Shown here: piece after piece, positions 46,171-55,528 of the stretch | Numbering within the stretch: the first letter of the stretch is position 1 | How the letters are laid out: every line of letters starts with the position of its first letter | Sequence record: PP438435.1 | Direction: 5' to 3' (one strand) | DNA: 64,000 nt | The notes under the pieces: model-generated | Seen by the model: the letters and a program-made list of their open reading frames with translations, nothing else | The model's database searches: none | What the model was told of the DNA's origin: nothing | Program-made: the position numbers and the translations under genes

Positions 46171-47487
46171 TCACGCGCCGGGTGCAGCGCTGCGCGCCGC
46201 TTCCGCCTCACGCAGAGCGCGGAGTGCTCGCTCCGCCGCAGCCAGCGCCATGGCGGGTTCCAGGGACTCCGCGAGGCTCTGAGGATCGACCCCGTTCTCG
46301 CGAGCAATCTGCGGAAACTCGAGCACCGCTGACAGCACACGCTGCGCGATCTCTGACGCACGCGACTGCTCGATGCCGAAGCTCGATGCAGAGCGCACGA
46401 TCCACGAGGCCGTGAGCGGCGGTTCGTGATCGCCGAGCATCGCGAGCTTGTGGGGTGACGGGCGACCACTGAGATCGAGGTCGGTCACCATGATGTCGAT
46501 GTTGGGCGAGAGGGACCAATCGCCGCGCTCATCCTGGATAAACACCCACTGGCCCAGGTGGTCATCGGTGTTGTTGACAGCGCGGTTCAGAACCATGCGC
46601 CCGAAGATCTCCTCGACATCGCGCTCGGGATCCGCCGAATACTGGCGCGCAAACCCCACGAGGTCGGAGTAATCGTTCTTGGGGTTCTCGATCGCGGCAG
46701 CTGCGCTGACGGTGTGCAGGATCGTCGCGCGATCGTCGACATCGAAGCGGCGGCTCAGCAGGATCGAACTGTTGTCCGCGTTGCTGATCAGCGTCGTGTC
46801 CGCCGTGTTCAGTCCTGCGCGTTTGGACACCTCGCAGAGCGACGCTTCGACGCGCGCTTCAGGATAGGTGCCGAGGATGTCGCGCGGGAACTTCGCGACA
46901 TAGCACTCGCCCATGTCATCCACATAGGCCGCCTTCGGTTGCGCTCCCCCGTGGGTGGCCAGCGCCCAGCGGTACTTGTCGCGACCGAGCGCGAACGGGC
47001 AGACCTTCTCGCTGGCGTAGCGACTGATGAACTCGTCGACGCGTCGCTGCAGTGTGCGAAGCGCCTCGAAGGTCTCGACATAGTGATCGATGTCAATGTC
47101 AGAAGCGTTGAAGCGCAAGCCACCCGACTGCCAGTCGCCCAGCATGAAGAGCTTCTCCGCCGGCGTGGAACGCGCATAGATCGCGCTATGCGACGCCAGC
47201 ACGAGCTCACCCCACTGCCCCGGTAGTGCCTGGGCGAATACGGGATGGAGGTCGTCGGCCTGCGGGCCGCGCAGGTTCGGGTTTCCCTGGGGAAGGTGGA
47301 CGAACTCGCGCTGCCCCATGCGGTAGTCCAGCGAGGGCGCGAGCGGCGGGCCGTCATAGTCTTCGTGGTAGACGAACACACCCGGCTTCTGCGGCCGCGG
47401 CAGCAGGTACAGGCCGACGGCAACCCAGCGGTTGTCGCCGCCCGGAATCTGACGAAAGACTTCGATGGTGCGTGGGGCGGTGCTCAT
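46171..47487 (-). CDS. hipA: HipA-family Ser/Thr kinase toxin with N-terminal coupling domain (tail ...RSAAPGA)
   Basis: LPGQWG, GGAQPK, VAKFP, LSRRFD, NTDDH, LSPNID. Confidence 0.88.
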   Translation of the reverse strand: MSTAPRTIEVFRQIPGGDNRWVAVGLYLLPRPQKPGVFVYHEDYDGPPLAPSLDYRMGQREFVHLPQGNPNLRGPQADDLHPVFAQALPGQWGELVLASHSAIYARSTPAEKLFMLGDWQSGGLRFNASDIDIDHYVETFEALRTLQRRVDEFISRYASEKVCPFALGRDKYRWALATHGGAQPKAAYVDDMGECYVAKFPRDILGTYPEARVEASLCEVSKRAGLNTADTTLISNADNSSILLSRRFDVDDRATILHTVSAAAAIENPKNDYSDLVGFARQYSADPERDVEEIFGRMVLNRAVNNTDDHLGQWVFIQDERGDWSLSPNIDIMVTDLDLSGRPSPHKLAMLGDHEPPLTASWIVRSASSFGIEQSRASEIAQRVLSAVLEFPQIARENGVDPQSLAESLEPAMALAAAERALRALREAEAARSAAPGA

Positions 47488-47523
47488 GGATCCCTCCGTG
47501 GACGATAAGCAGCGGGTGCGTGA

Positions 47524-47877
47524 TCAGGACGAGGGCGGCGCGCCCGTGCGCTCTTGAACAGCTTGGCGGGACAGGGTGCGGGCGGTCTCTATGACCAGCA
47601 CCTCCTGATCCGCCATCAGCTTCAGCGCGTTCGGCAGCACTCCCAAGGCCTGCCAGATCTTGAGGAGCACTTCGAGGTTGACACTGTTGCCAGCCTCAAG
47701 GCGCGCAACAGTGTCGCGATGCACGCCAGCCGCTTCCGCCAACTCCTGCTGGGTCAGCCCCCGCCCCTGCTCCCGAAACTCACGGACGTAGCGCCCCAGG
47801 TGCTCCAGAGCGGCATTGATCTGGAGCTCAACGGAACGAGCGGCCGTGGTCTTCGTGAGCGGGGGTATGACGGACAT
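47524..47877 (-). CDS. HipB-like XRE HTH antitoxin/regulator
   Basis: GLTQQELAEAAGVHRDTVARLEAG directly upstream of hipA. Confidence 0.85.
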   Translation of the reverse strand: MSVIPPLTKTTAARSVELQINAALEHLGRYVREFREQGRGLTQQELAEAAGVHRDTVARLEAGNSVNLEVLLKIWQALGVLPNALKLMADQEVLVIETARTLSRQAVQERTGAPPSS

Positions 47878-47947
47878 GACGTTCTCCTACGTGGGCGAGT
47901 CTACGCGTGCTTGGTTCTTTCCGCAATTAGCCTAGAACCAGGCCTCC

Positions 47948-47967
47948 ATGCGGAACTTTTGCCGCAT
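47948..47967. promoter_or_regulatory. Putative HipB-type operator
   Basis: ATGCGG-N8-CCGCAT, the same N8 spacing as the E. coli HipB operator TATCC-N8-GGATA, about 70 bp upstream of the HTH gene. Confidence 0.5.
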
Positions 47968-48000
47968 TAAGCCGCTTCCCAGCAGGCCCTGCAAGCACGC

Positions 48001-48012
48001 CTAGGCGCCTAG
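48001..48012. promoter_or_regulatory. Palindrome CTAGGCGCCTAG in a divergent promoter region
   Basis: Exact copy of 20340-20351. Confidence 0.6.
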
Positions 48013-48099
48013 GGTCATGGACAGTTCAGGAACCCGGGCGCACTCTGTCAGCACGGGAAAAGCCCGTCACTGTCCAGGCGCTGATCAAGGGAACCTGCC

Positions 48100-48663
48100 A
48101 TGGAAACCATACGCTCGATACCGGCCGCTGCTCCGACCCGTACCCGCCCTGCGTCGCACCTCGATCGCTCTCTGCTGGCGCTGGTTTTCGCGCCGCGGAT
48201 GACGCAGACGGAGGCTGCTGAGTATGCGCAGGGCCGAAAGTCCGCTGTCGCCAGCGCTGTCGCTGCATGGACGCTGGCGGCGGGCGCCCTGTTCTTGGTG
48301 CTGATCGCGGCAGAGGCCTACGCGAGCACCGTCCATGCAAAGGTGATTGCGATTGGCTCGTGGCGCAGCGCCGAACACGCCGATGCCATCACGCTCATGT
48401 GCGTCGCTTTCGGCGTGACGCTCTTCCTGCTGGCCTCGATGCTTCGCCCTTCGCTGATTCTCGGACGGGCATCGTCGGTCCTCGCCGCGATTCAGCCGCA
48501 GGCCGCTCAGCGCGCCACTTCGCAGGTGCGTGCCTTTGCCGACCTCTCGCCGATCACCCGCCTCGTTGCTTTCGGCCTCGTAGCCGCAGTGATCGCGCTG
48601 CTCTACAACGTCTTGGTTCTGGGGCCCGCTCACGCGATTCTCGCTCTCGCCACTGGGCTCTGA
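48100..48663 (+). CDS. Integral membrane protein convergent on dotA
   Basis: About 3 hydrophobic helices; AAGGGA RBS. Confidence 0.7.
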   Translation: METIRSIPAAAPTRTRPASHLDRSLLALVFAPRMTQTEAAEYAQGRKSAVASAVAAWTLAAGALFLVLIAAEAYASTVHAKVIAIGSWRSAEHADAITLMCVAFGVTLFLLASMLRPSLILGRASSVLAAIQPQAAQRATSQVRAFADLSPITRLVAFGLVAAVIALLYNVLVLGPAHAILALATGL

Positions 48664-48693
48664 TCCTCCACGCAGCACAAGCAGCAACACACC

Positions 48694-48721
48694 AGAAGGG
48701 ACGGGGAAACCCGTCCCTTCT
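48694..48721. terminator. Bidirectional intrinsic terminator
   Basis: AGAAGGGACGGG-gaaa-CCCGTCCCTTCT between convergent genes. Confidence 0.85.
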
Positions 48722-48742
48722 CTTTGGGTCGGGCGCGGCGAC

Positions 48743-50977
48743 TTACCGGCCACCGCTCGCCGAAACGCCACCCGACGAGCCCACGCTTCCCACCGCGCCA
48801 GTGGCCTTCCTCGCGGCCCCGCCCACCTGCCCGACACCGCGCTGTGTGGCAGCCCACCAGGCAATTGCCATCGTGCGCGCCTGCTCGCCCATGTTGCTCT
48901 CGCCGAAGGCCTCCATGCGCGCGCCGATGAAGCGCAGAACGCTGTCAGGCACCAGATGGATCAGACTGAAGCTCCAACGCGCCAGCACCGCGAGAATGGC
49001 GCCCGTCAGGAAGATCCACACGACCATGCCAACGATGCCTGGTGCGGTCACGCCCGGGCCTGCCGACGCGCCCGAAAAAATGTGGAACGCCTTCAGGACA
49101 AAGCCGCCCATGAAGTCGAGCACCAGCATGCCGGCCACGAAGCCCGCGATCATCAGCACGGGGCGAGCGACGAGGCTCACCAGCAGCATGTAGCCGTCCA
49201 TGGCGCGCTGGCCCGCAAACCCCTCGCCATCGGGTGCGGCGTGCGCCGCGGCCCAGAGAGGCGCCGCCACAACTGCCTGGACCAACATCATCAACCACCC
49301 TGCCACACCCGCAATCCAGATCAGCAGCGGCAGCGCTGGCACGATGTACGCCATCGTGGCGCCGACAACAAAAATGGGAACGAGCGCGGAGAACCCCGCC
49401 GACAGCAGTGCAAAGCCGCCGACACCCGACAACGCAGACGCGACTACGGACGCAGCTACGACGACCGCCAGCAACCCTGCACTCACGACGAGCAGAATGT
49501 GACCCCACCGCACAACCCGCGGAATGAGCCCACTGCCGTCATCGAGCGCCGCCTGCATGATCCAGTCGTAGCCCTCACGTGCCGTTGCCGCCATACGCCG
49601 GCCGAGAGCATCAAAAGCGTCCGTCATCGAAGGGCCTGCCATCAGCGCTCCGGTCATTGAGGGCGCTGCCCACATGGCGATCGCCGAAGTGTCGCCTTCG
49701 ACGTCCGGGTGCACGTAGGTCGCGGCCGCATCCTCATTGCGCGGAATGATCTGCCTGGCAGCGACGATGTGCGGCACGACGTCCTGAGCAACAGCAGGAG
49801 GCAACTGCCCCGGTGCTGGCTCATCGAACAGCGGCTCCGCATTGATGCTTTCGTTCATCCGCGCATCAAAAGCGGCGAAGGTCATATAGTACGCGCCTGC
49901 GACAAGCCAGCCGTTGGCTTCTGCCGTCGCCATCTGTGCCTGTCGAAGCAGGACCTCAGCCCCATTCTTCGCCTGGTTCGCGAGCAGCGTGCTTCGGCGC
50001 ATACGCACCAGGTACTCGCCCTCCAAGCTGACCAGTTCACTCCGCACCTGTTCTGCTGACAAGCCGCCCTCCGTACGGGCGGCGACGAGATCCCTGACGC
50101 GATCCTGTAGATACAGGATCGCTCGACCCTGCTCGCGCAGCGTGAGCTCAGCCGCCTCCCGCTGGAGGACCGACGATGGCTCGATGCCCAGGGGCATCTC
50201 ACGCTGAAGCGTCACGGCGCCACAGAGCGGAACCGCGGATGCGAGATCGCCTTCTCCCGAATACTTCAGAACCCACTTCGCAGTCCGGGTGCCCTCCCCG
50301 CTCCACGGGAACGCACCCGAGCTATCTTCGACGGTCTCGGTGAACCCGGCCGGCGTGGACACTCCAAAGCTCGAAGCAGCCGCGCCTGACCCGTCGCCCT
50401 CAGCACTCTTGCGAACGGCCGCTGCACACGCCTCCAGCTCGTACAGCTTGCTCGCAACGCTAGCGCTGAAGCGTGGCGGCACGGCAGGCGCGAGCTCCAT
50501 GCGCTCACTGAGGTAGTTGTTGCTTCGGCTCCACGCCTGATCAGCGAAGCCGCTGCCCTGCATGCCCACCCACAGCACCATGGCCTGGATGACCGAGTAG
50601 CCGCCCAGACTGAGCGGCGTCAGCATGCCCGCCGCAATCGCCACACGCAGCGGCACCCACACCATGGAGTAACGGCCACCCACCTTGCCATGCTCGCCGG
50701 TCTGCATCAGCGCGCTGATGAAGGTCATCAGCACCAGCAGCACGGCAGCAAGGAGCGCTGCCATGTTCACGACGCCGGCAATCGGCGCCAGGATCGAATC
50801 CGAGTTGCGCGCGGTCTCGATGGCGCGGGCCAAGGTCTCCGCATCGACACCGAAGATCCCCTGCACGGCATCACCGCCGCGAACACCCTCCATCTGCTGC
50901 TGGGCGAGTGCGGCGCCGCTTGCCAGCAGTGCCGAGAGCGACAGCGCGCTGATTCCCCACTTGCGAGTCCAATTCAT
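48743..50977 (-). CDS. dotA: DotA/TraY-family type IVB secretion inner-membrane protein
   Basis: PLRVAIAAGMLTP, YSVIQAMVLW..G...AD, GWLVAGAYY, VPALPLLIW, APLWAAAH..PDGEG, RPVLMIAGF. Confidence 0.92.
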   Translation of the reverse strand: MNWTRKWGISALSLSALLASGAALAQQQMEGVRGGDAVQGIFGVDAETLARAIETARNSDSILAPIAGVVNMAALLAAVLLVLMTFISALMQTGEHGKVGGRYSMVWVPLRVAIAAGMLTPLSLGGYSVIQAMVLWVGMQGSGFADQAWSRSNNYLSERMELAPAVPPRFSASVASKLYELEACAAAVRKSAEGDGSGAAASSFGVSTPAGFTETVEDSSGAFPWSGEGTRTAKWVLKYSGEGDLASAVPLCGAVTLQREMPLGIEPSSVLQREAAELTLREQGRAILYLQDRVRDLVAARTEGGLSAEQVRSELVSLEGEYLVRMRRSTLLANQAKNGAEVLLRQAQMATAEANGWLVAGAYYMTFAAFDARMNESINAEPLFDEPAPGQLPPAVAQDVVPHIVAARQIIPRNEDAAATYVHPDVEGDTSAIAMWAAPSMTGALMAGPSMTDAFDALGRRMAATAREGYDWIMQAALDDGSGLIPRVVRWGHILLVVSAGLLAVVVAASVVASALSGVGGFALLSAGFSALVPIFVVGATMAYIVPALPLLIWIAGVAGWLMMLVQAVVAAPLWAAAHAAPDGEGFAGQRAMDGYMLLVSLVARPVLMIAGFVAGMLVLDFMGGFVLKAFHIFSGASAGPGVTAPGIVGMVVWIFLTGAILAVLARWSFSLIHLVPDSVLRFIGARMEAFGESNMGEQARTMAIAWWAATQRGVGQVGGAARKATGAVGSVGSSGGVSASGGR

Positions 50978-50989
50978 CGTGAGTCTCCT

Positions 50990-51430
50990 CTAGCCCAGCA
51001 TCAGCACACCGCGCGACGGCGGGTTACGTTTCGCAAACTCCAGCAGCGCATCCGTGACGCACAGAGCTGCGATCTCAAAAGCAACGCCCTTCGGGGCGGC
51101 GACAACGCGCTGGCGCATCAGCCCTCCCATGTCGGGCACATTCTCGAAGGTGAAAGGACGGCTCCCGCCGCGGTCGAGCCACGCCTCCGCATAGACCATC
51201 CGCGCCTGCTGCACCAGGATGGGCAACAGTTGGTTCGGAATCAGTGCGAAATCAATCGGCATGTCGAAATCACCGTCTTCGTCGAGCACGCCATTCGGCG
51301 GCGCAATATGTTTCACACCCATGTCGATCAAGAGCCCGCGCAGAAGCGCGATCAACTGATCCACCAGGGCGCCTTCGCGAGGCTCACCACGGCTGGGGGC
51401 CGCGGGGGGCGTACGAGGTGCGCTCGTCAT
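50990..51430 (-). CDS. Hypothetical protein upstream of dotA
   Basis: Protein-like composition from MTSAPR; overlaps the topoisomerase 3' end by 47 bp. Confidence 0.55.
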   Translation of the reverse strand: MTSAPRTPPAAPSRGEPREGALVDQLIALLRGLLIDMGVKHIAPPNGVLDEDGDFDMPIDFALIPNQLLPILVQQARMVYAEAWLDRGGSRPFTFENVPDMGGLMRQRVVAAPKGVAFEIAALCVTDALLEFAKRNPPSRGVLMLG

Positions 51431-53380
51431 CTTCAAACTCCAGTTCGTCGCTGTCCTCGTGCGGCACAGAGACCGCCTCCGGAGACAGCCAGGTCCAGTC
51501 AGCGTCCGGTTCCAAAACCGTCGCGGGCAGCTCTTCCACGGCCAGCCCGCCCGCATCGTTCGGCGCCGCGCCAGATTCGTCAGAGGACGCGTGCGCGACC
51601 GCCGCCAGGCCCGCCCCATCATCCGTCTCCACCGGCTCTTGGAGCGCATCACGCCGCTCCGCGGGAGCCACCAGCGGCTCGCGCTCACGCGCTACCGCAT
51701 CCTCAATCACTTCGGGAACCACGCCTTCAGCGCGACGACGCTCCCAGTAGGCGCGATCCGACGCTGACAGGCCGCAGTCGCTGTCCGCCTTGGACACCTC
51801 AGCCGCAGGTGCCATCTTGGAATCCCCATCGCCCTCGCCGCGCTTGAGCGCCGCACGAAGCCGTGGGGCAAGCTCTGGCATGACCGCGAAACAGCGCTCG
51901 ATCAGATCGCCAGGCGGTCCTGCCTCTCCGGCTTCGCCGGCATCGTCCTCGATCACCGCCTCGACCGCGTGCGCGATGCCGGGAAGCGTCAACGACGGCG
52001 GCACATCCGCAAGTGCAGCCTCCCCCAGGGTGGTGAGGCCGCCCGCATCCACAAAGCCGCGCTCAACAGCGCGGATCGCATGATCGGCGATCGACGACGG
52101 ACGCCCCAAAGACTCGCGAGCGAGTGCCTCGAAAGCCACCTCTTCAGCATCGAAGTCGAAGAGCTCGGCCTGAACGACACGATCGCATCCGTCAGCGCCT
52201 GAGCGTGCCTCGACGGGGAACTCAGGCCCTGGGCGCCACCACGGCAGATCCCGCGCCCACGCGGGCAGCGCACTGGTGTCAGGCCGTTCGATCTGCACGG
52301 GCACCGCAGCGCGCACATTGGATCGCGCCACGCGATCCAGGAAACGCAGCTCCTCAGACAGCAGATGCTGGGGCACACCCGCGAACCCCGGCAGCTCACC
52401 CCGCAACACATGCACTGCCTCGTGCGGCTTGCGCGGGCCGATTACGACCGGCTCTGCCACGCTGCCAAGCGCGCCGCGATACAACCCCGCGACGCGCGCC
52501 ACGCCTGCGGCGCCCAGAATCCGGGATGACGTCCGCGGATAGCTGATGTCACCGGCCTCATAGCGGTGCTGGATCGTGGCGGCGGCGGCAGCTACGCGCA
52601 CAGGGCCTCCGCACGTGTTTCAACGCCATCTCCGATGCGCAGCGGAACGGGCCGCCCACACAGCGCCCGCACGAGATCGTTGTAGTCCCAAGCGGCCTGC
52701 GGCCGCAGCCACTCACAGCGGACCGCGGCCAAACCGTGCGCGTTTGCGAGTTCGGACACCCGCTGCTTCCACAGCTCGCGCTCCGCGGCGGTGTACGCCA
52801 CTTCCGTGCGCCACGCGGGGCCACCATCCACACTCGCGACCACAAGACGCACCACGCCGACGATCGGCGCCCGCCGGCGAAGACTCGCCAGCAGCGGCGT
52901 CAGAATCCGCCCCGCCGGCGCACCGCGACGGCTGAACGTGTGCCCGATGAGGCGATCCAGGATTCGACGCGCGTCGCCTTGACGAGCAAGACGCGGGTCC
53001 ATGGCTTCAGGGGCATCGAGCGCCGCGCGAACGCCCTCGATCGTGATGGATCGAATACGAATGCGCACTACGCTGACGGCCAGGCCTTGGACAACGCCAG
53101 CCACATCCCGGGCGATCACATCTCCTTCGGCGTCGTCGTCCGTCGCCAGCAGCACAGCACGGTCTTTGGCTGCCTCGCGCAGTGCGCGCTCCGTGCGCGC
53201 ATCCGCTCGCCGCGACGGCTCCTCGTAACGCGGCGTAATCGCAAGCGGCCACAAGCTCGCCGGCGAACGAAAGAAGTGTCCGCGCGTGGCCACCACACGC
53301 CAACCGTAACCCAGACGACGAAGGATGGCCGTGAGCGTGCTCACCTTGCCAGGCGCCTCGATCACGACCACGCCCTGCAT
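51384..53380 (-). pseudogene. Compact type IA (TopA-like) topoisomerase split by a frameshift into two ORFs (52592-53380 and 51384-52601)
   Basis: First ORF: VIEAPGK, ATDDDAEGD, ARRILDRLIG, AGR. Second ORF: QHRYEAGDISYPRT (active Tyr), PHEAV, LGRPSS. Confidence 0.75.
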
Positions 53381-53381
53381 G

Positions 53382-53972
53382 TCAGGCGCCCAGCTGAGGC
53401 GCCGCAGCGGCGCGGTGCTTGGGAGGATCCAGGTTATCGATCGCGGCGTCGAGCTTGGCCAACACGTCCGTCAGCCCGGGCACATCCCTCGGCAGTACGC
53501 CGAGCTGCTTCTTGGCGCGCTCCAGTTCGGCCGCGCCCTCGAGCGCCGCCTCAGCGGCGCGTCCCTGGGCCACGCCGTGCTCGTAGTTGGCGCCCACTGC
53601 AGTCAGCATGCGCTCCGCATGCTGACTTACCGCCTCGCCCAGCGCCTTGCGCTGATCCGGCAGTGCCCACATCTCGCCCATCGACTTCGCTGCCGCCACA
53701 CGAACAGGCTCGGGTAGCAGCTCGTTCTTGCGAACCGCCTCAAGCTCGGCCACGGTGCCGGCAGCGTACGGCTGAAGCAGGCCCTTCAGGTGATCGAAGG
53801 CCTGCCGCAGAAGGAACATCGGATTGCCGTCTTCCTCAGCAATCTCCCGCAGCATTCGCTCGCGGCTGCTCTGCGAGACCAAGCCTCGCAGAGCGACTGC
53901 GCGCTGCTCATCCCTGGATCGGCCGAGGCTACGTGCCAACGGCATCTCCGGCGTCAGGTTCATTCCATTCAT
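53382..53972 (-). CDS. Hypothetical coiled-coil protein (tail ...APQLGA)
   Basis: GGAG RBS; stop lies 1 nt before the topoisomerase ATG. Confidence 0.7.
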   Translation of the reverse strand: MNGMNLTPEMPLARSLGRSRDEQRAVALRGLVSQSSRERMLREIAEEDGNPMFLLRQAFDHLKGLLQPYAAGTVAELEAVRKNELLPEPVRVAAAKSMGEMWALPDQRKALGEAVSQHAERMLTAVGANYEHGVAQGRAAEAALEGAAELERAKKQLGVLPRDVPGLTDVLAKLDAAIDNLDPPKHRAAAAPQLGA

Positions 53973-53994
53973 ACGTCCACTCCCTTCCTTGGGA

Positions 53995-55083
53995 TCAGTC
54001 CTGCCGTATCACGCGCGCATGTTCGGCCTGAAGCTGCCGACTGCGCTCATTGAGGCCCTGGTTGGCGATCATTGCCAACAGCAGCGTCTGTTCCTGCTCG
54101 ATCTGAAGGCGTTCGGTATCCACCCAGAGCTGGGCCGACATCGTCAGCTGCATCTCGCGCAGCAGACCCGCCTCCGTCTTGGCCGCCAGCTCGATCGGGC
54201 GCTCACTCGACTCGATGCCGTCGATTGCCCACTGTTTGACGGTTGCCAGATAGCTACGTTCGCCCTCGCCTTGCGCGACACGCATGGCCGCATGGCGCGC
54301 CACGATCTCAGCAGGCAAGGCCGCCGACGCGCGGTAGAGCTCCGCCTTCGCCTCGTACTCGGTGAGCGCCGCCGTGCTGCCACCGCTGGACGGGGCGCGA
54401 GGAACGGGCTCGGGCGTCAGAGCCAGCGAGATCGCGTCGCGGACGCGCTCGGCCTCTTCCACCGGGATTGTGTCTCGCATCAAGTAGTCCGGCTTCAGTG
54501 CGTCCTGCGTGCCGTTGTACTTGGCCAGCGTGGCGCGGAGATTGGCCATCGATCCGGCATAGCTGCCATAGCCCGCAGCATTGGTCGCGATCGCACGCTG
54601 TGATTCCTGGAAGCTGCGATCGCGCACGCGGCTCTGAGCCTGCAGCCGACGCGCATCTGACGTCCGGCGGCACGCGGACGGGGCGTTCGCTCCCACGGTC
54701 ACCGTCTGCCCGTTGACCTGCATGGTCATCAAGGTGCCGAAGGTGCGGTTGTAGATAGCCTCTTCCGCAGCCGCGGTCTGCTGGGCGATGGTCTCGACCA
54801 TCACGCCGGCATGCTGCTGCAGCGCCTGCTGGGTGCCCAGGGTATTTGCCGCCACCTGCTCGACCACGGCGCCATCGCCCTTCTCGACGACGATCGACTG
54901 CATGACTTGCTCTGCAAGCCACTGCTGCATGATCGGCCAGAATCCCGTGAACCAAGCAATCCACGCAGCAGCATCGCCGCCCGTCGCTCGCGCCACCGGC
55001 GCGGCGGCAACGCCTACACCGAGCACGACTCCCAGAAGGATGCTGGACGCTTTGCCTGCAAAGGTGTTCCGAATCGACATCAC
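53995..55083 (-). CDS. TraW/IcmX-like periplasmic conjugation protein
   Basis: Signal peptide; helical; C-terminal S-Y-L...W...LLREMQL...LLLAMI pattern; lies in the dotA cluster. Confidence 0.55.
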   Translation of the reverse strand: MMSIRNTFAGKASSILLGVVLGVGVAAAPVARATGGDAAAWIAWFTGFWPIMQQWLAEQVMQSIVVEKGDGAVVEQVAANTLGTQQALQQHAGVMVETIAQQTAAAEEAIYNRTFGTLMTMQVNGQTVTVGANAPSACRRTSDARRLQAQSRVRDRSFQESQRAIATNAAGYGSYAGSMANLRATLAKYNGTQDALKPDYLMRDTIPVEEAERVRDAISLALTPEPVPRAPSSGGSTAALTEYEAKAELYRASAALPAEIVARHAAMRVAQGEGERSYLATVKQWAIDGIESSERPIELAAKTEAGLLREMQLTMSAQLWVDTERLQIEQEQTLLLAMIANQGLNERSRQLQAEHARVIRQD

Positions 55084-55517
55084 ACGCCCTCCGTACTCGG
55101 CCGCGCACCCTGCCGCGACTCAAGCGCAAATCGATCAGAGGCCTCGCGCGCCAGCTGGTGGACGTCCTCGGGCGTGTGCGCATCCGTGATCGCGTCGAGC
55201 ACGACTTGACAGAGCGCATCGCCGCTGATCGACCCGATGATGCGGCGGATCGCGCTGCCAATGCCGGCACCGATGCGCCCGAATCCGCCCATGTTGATGG
55301 TTCGCGCCAGGCAGCCCAGGTTGTACTTGCGCAGCGCCGGCGTGATCGCGCGACGCACATTCTGCGTACTGAGGGCCCCCATCCGATCAGCGATGGAGTT
55401 GCCCGCCTGACTGACGACGCAGTCCTCCTGGGAGGCCTGAGCCAGGGCACCGGTGCTGAAGACGAGCGCGGCACAGGCGAGTGCAATGGCGAGAAACTGT
55501 TTGATCCGATCGAACAT
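55080..55517 (-). CDS. Small secreted Cys-containing transfer protein (TraV-like position)
   Basis: Signal peptide, three Cys, GTGA coupled to the TraW-like gene. Confidence 0.45.
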   Translation of the reverse strand: MFDRIKQFLAIALACAALVFSTGALAQASQEDCVVSQAGNSIADRMGALSTQNVRRAITPALRKYNLGCLARTINMGGFGRIGAGIGSAIRRIIGSISGDALCQVVLDAITDAHTPEDVHQLAREASDRFALESRQGARPSTEGV

Positions 55518-55528
55518 GGCTTCCTTCC

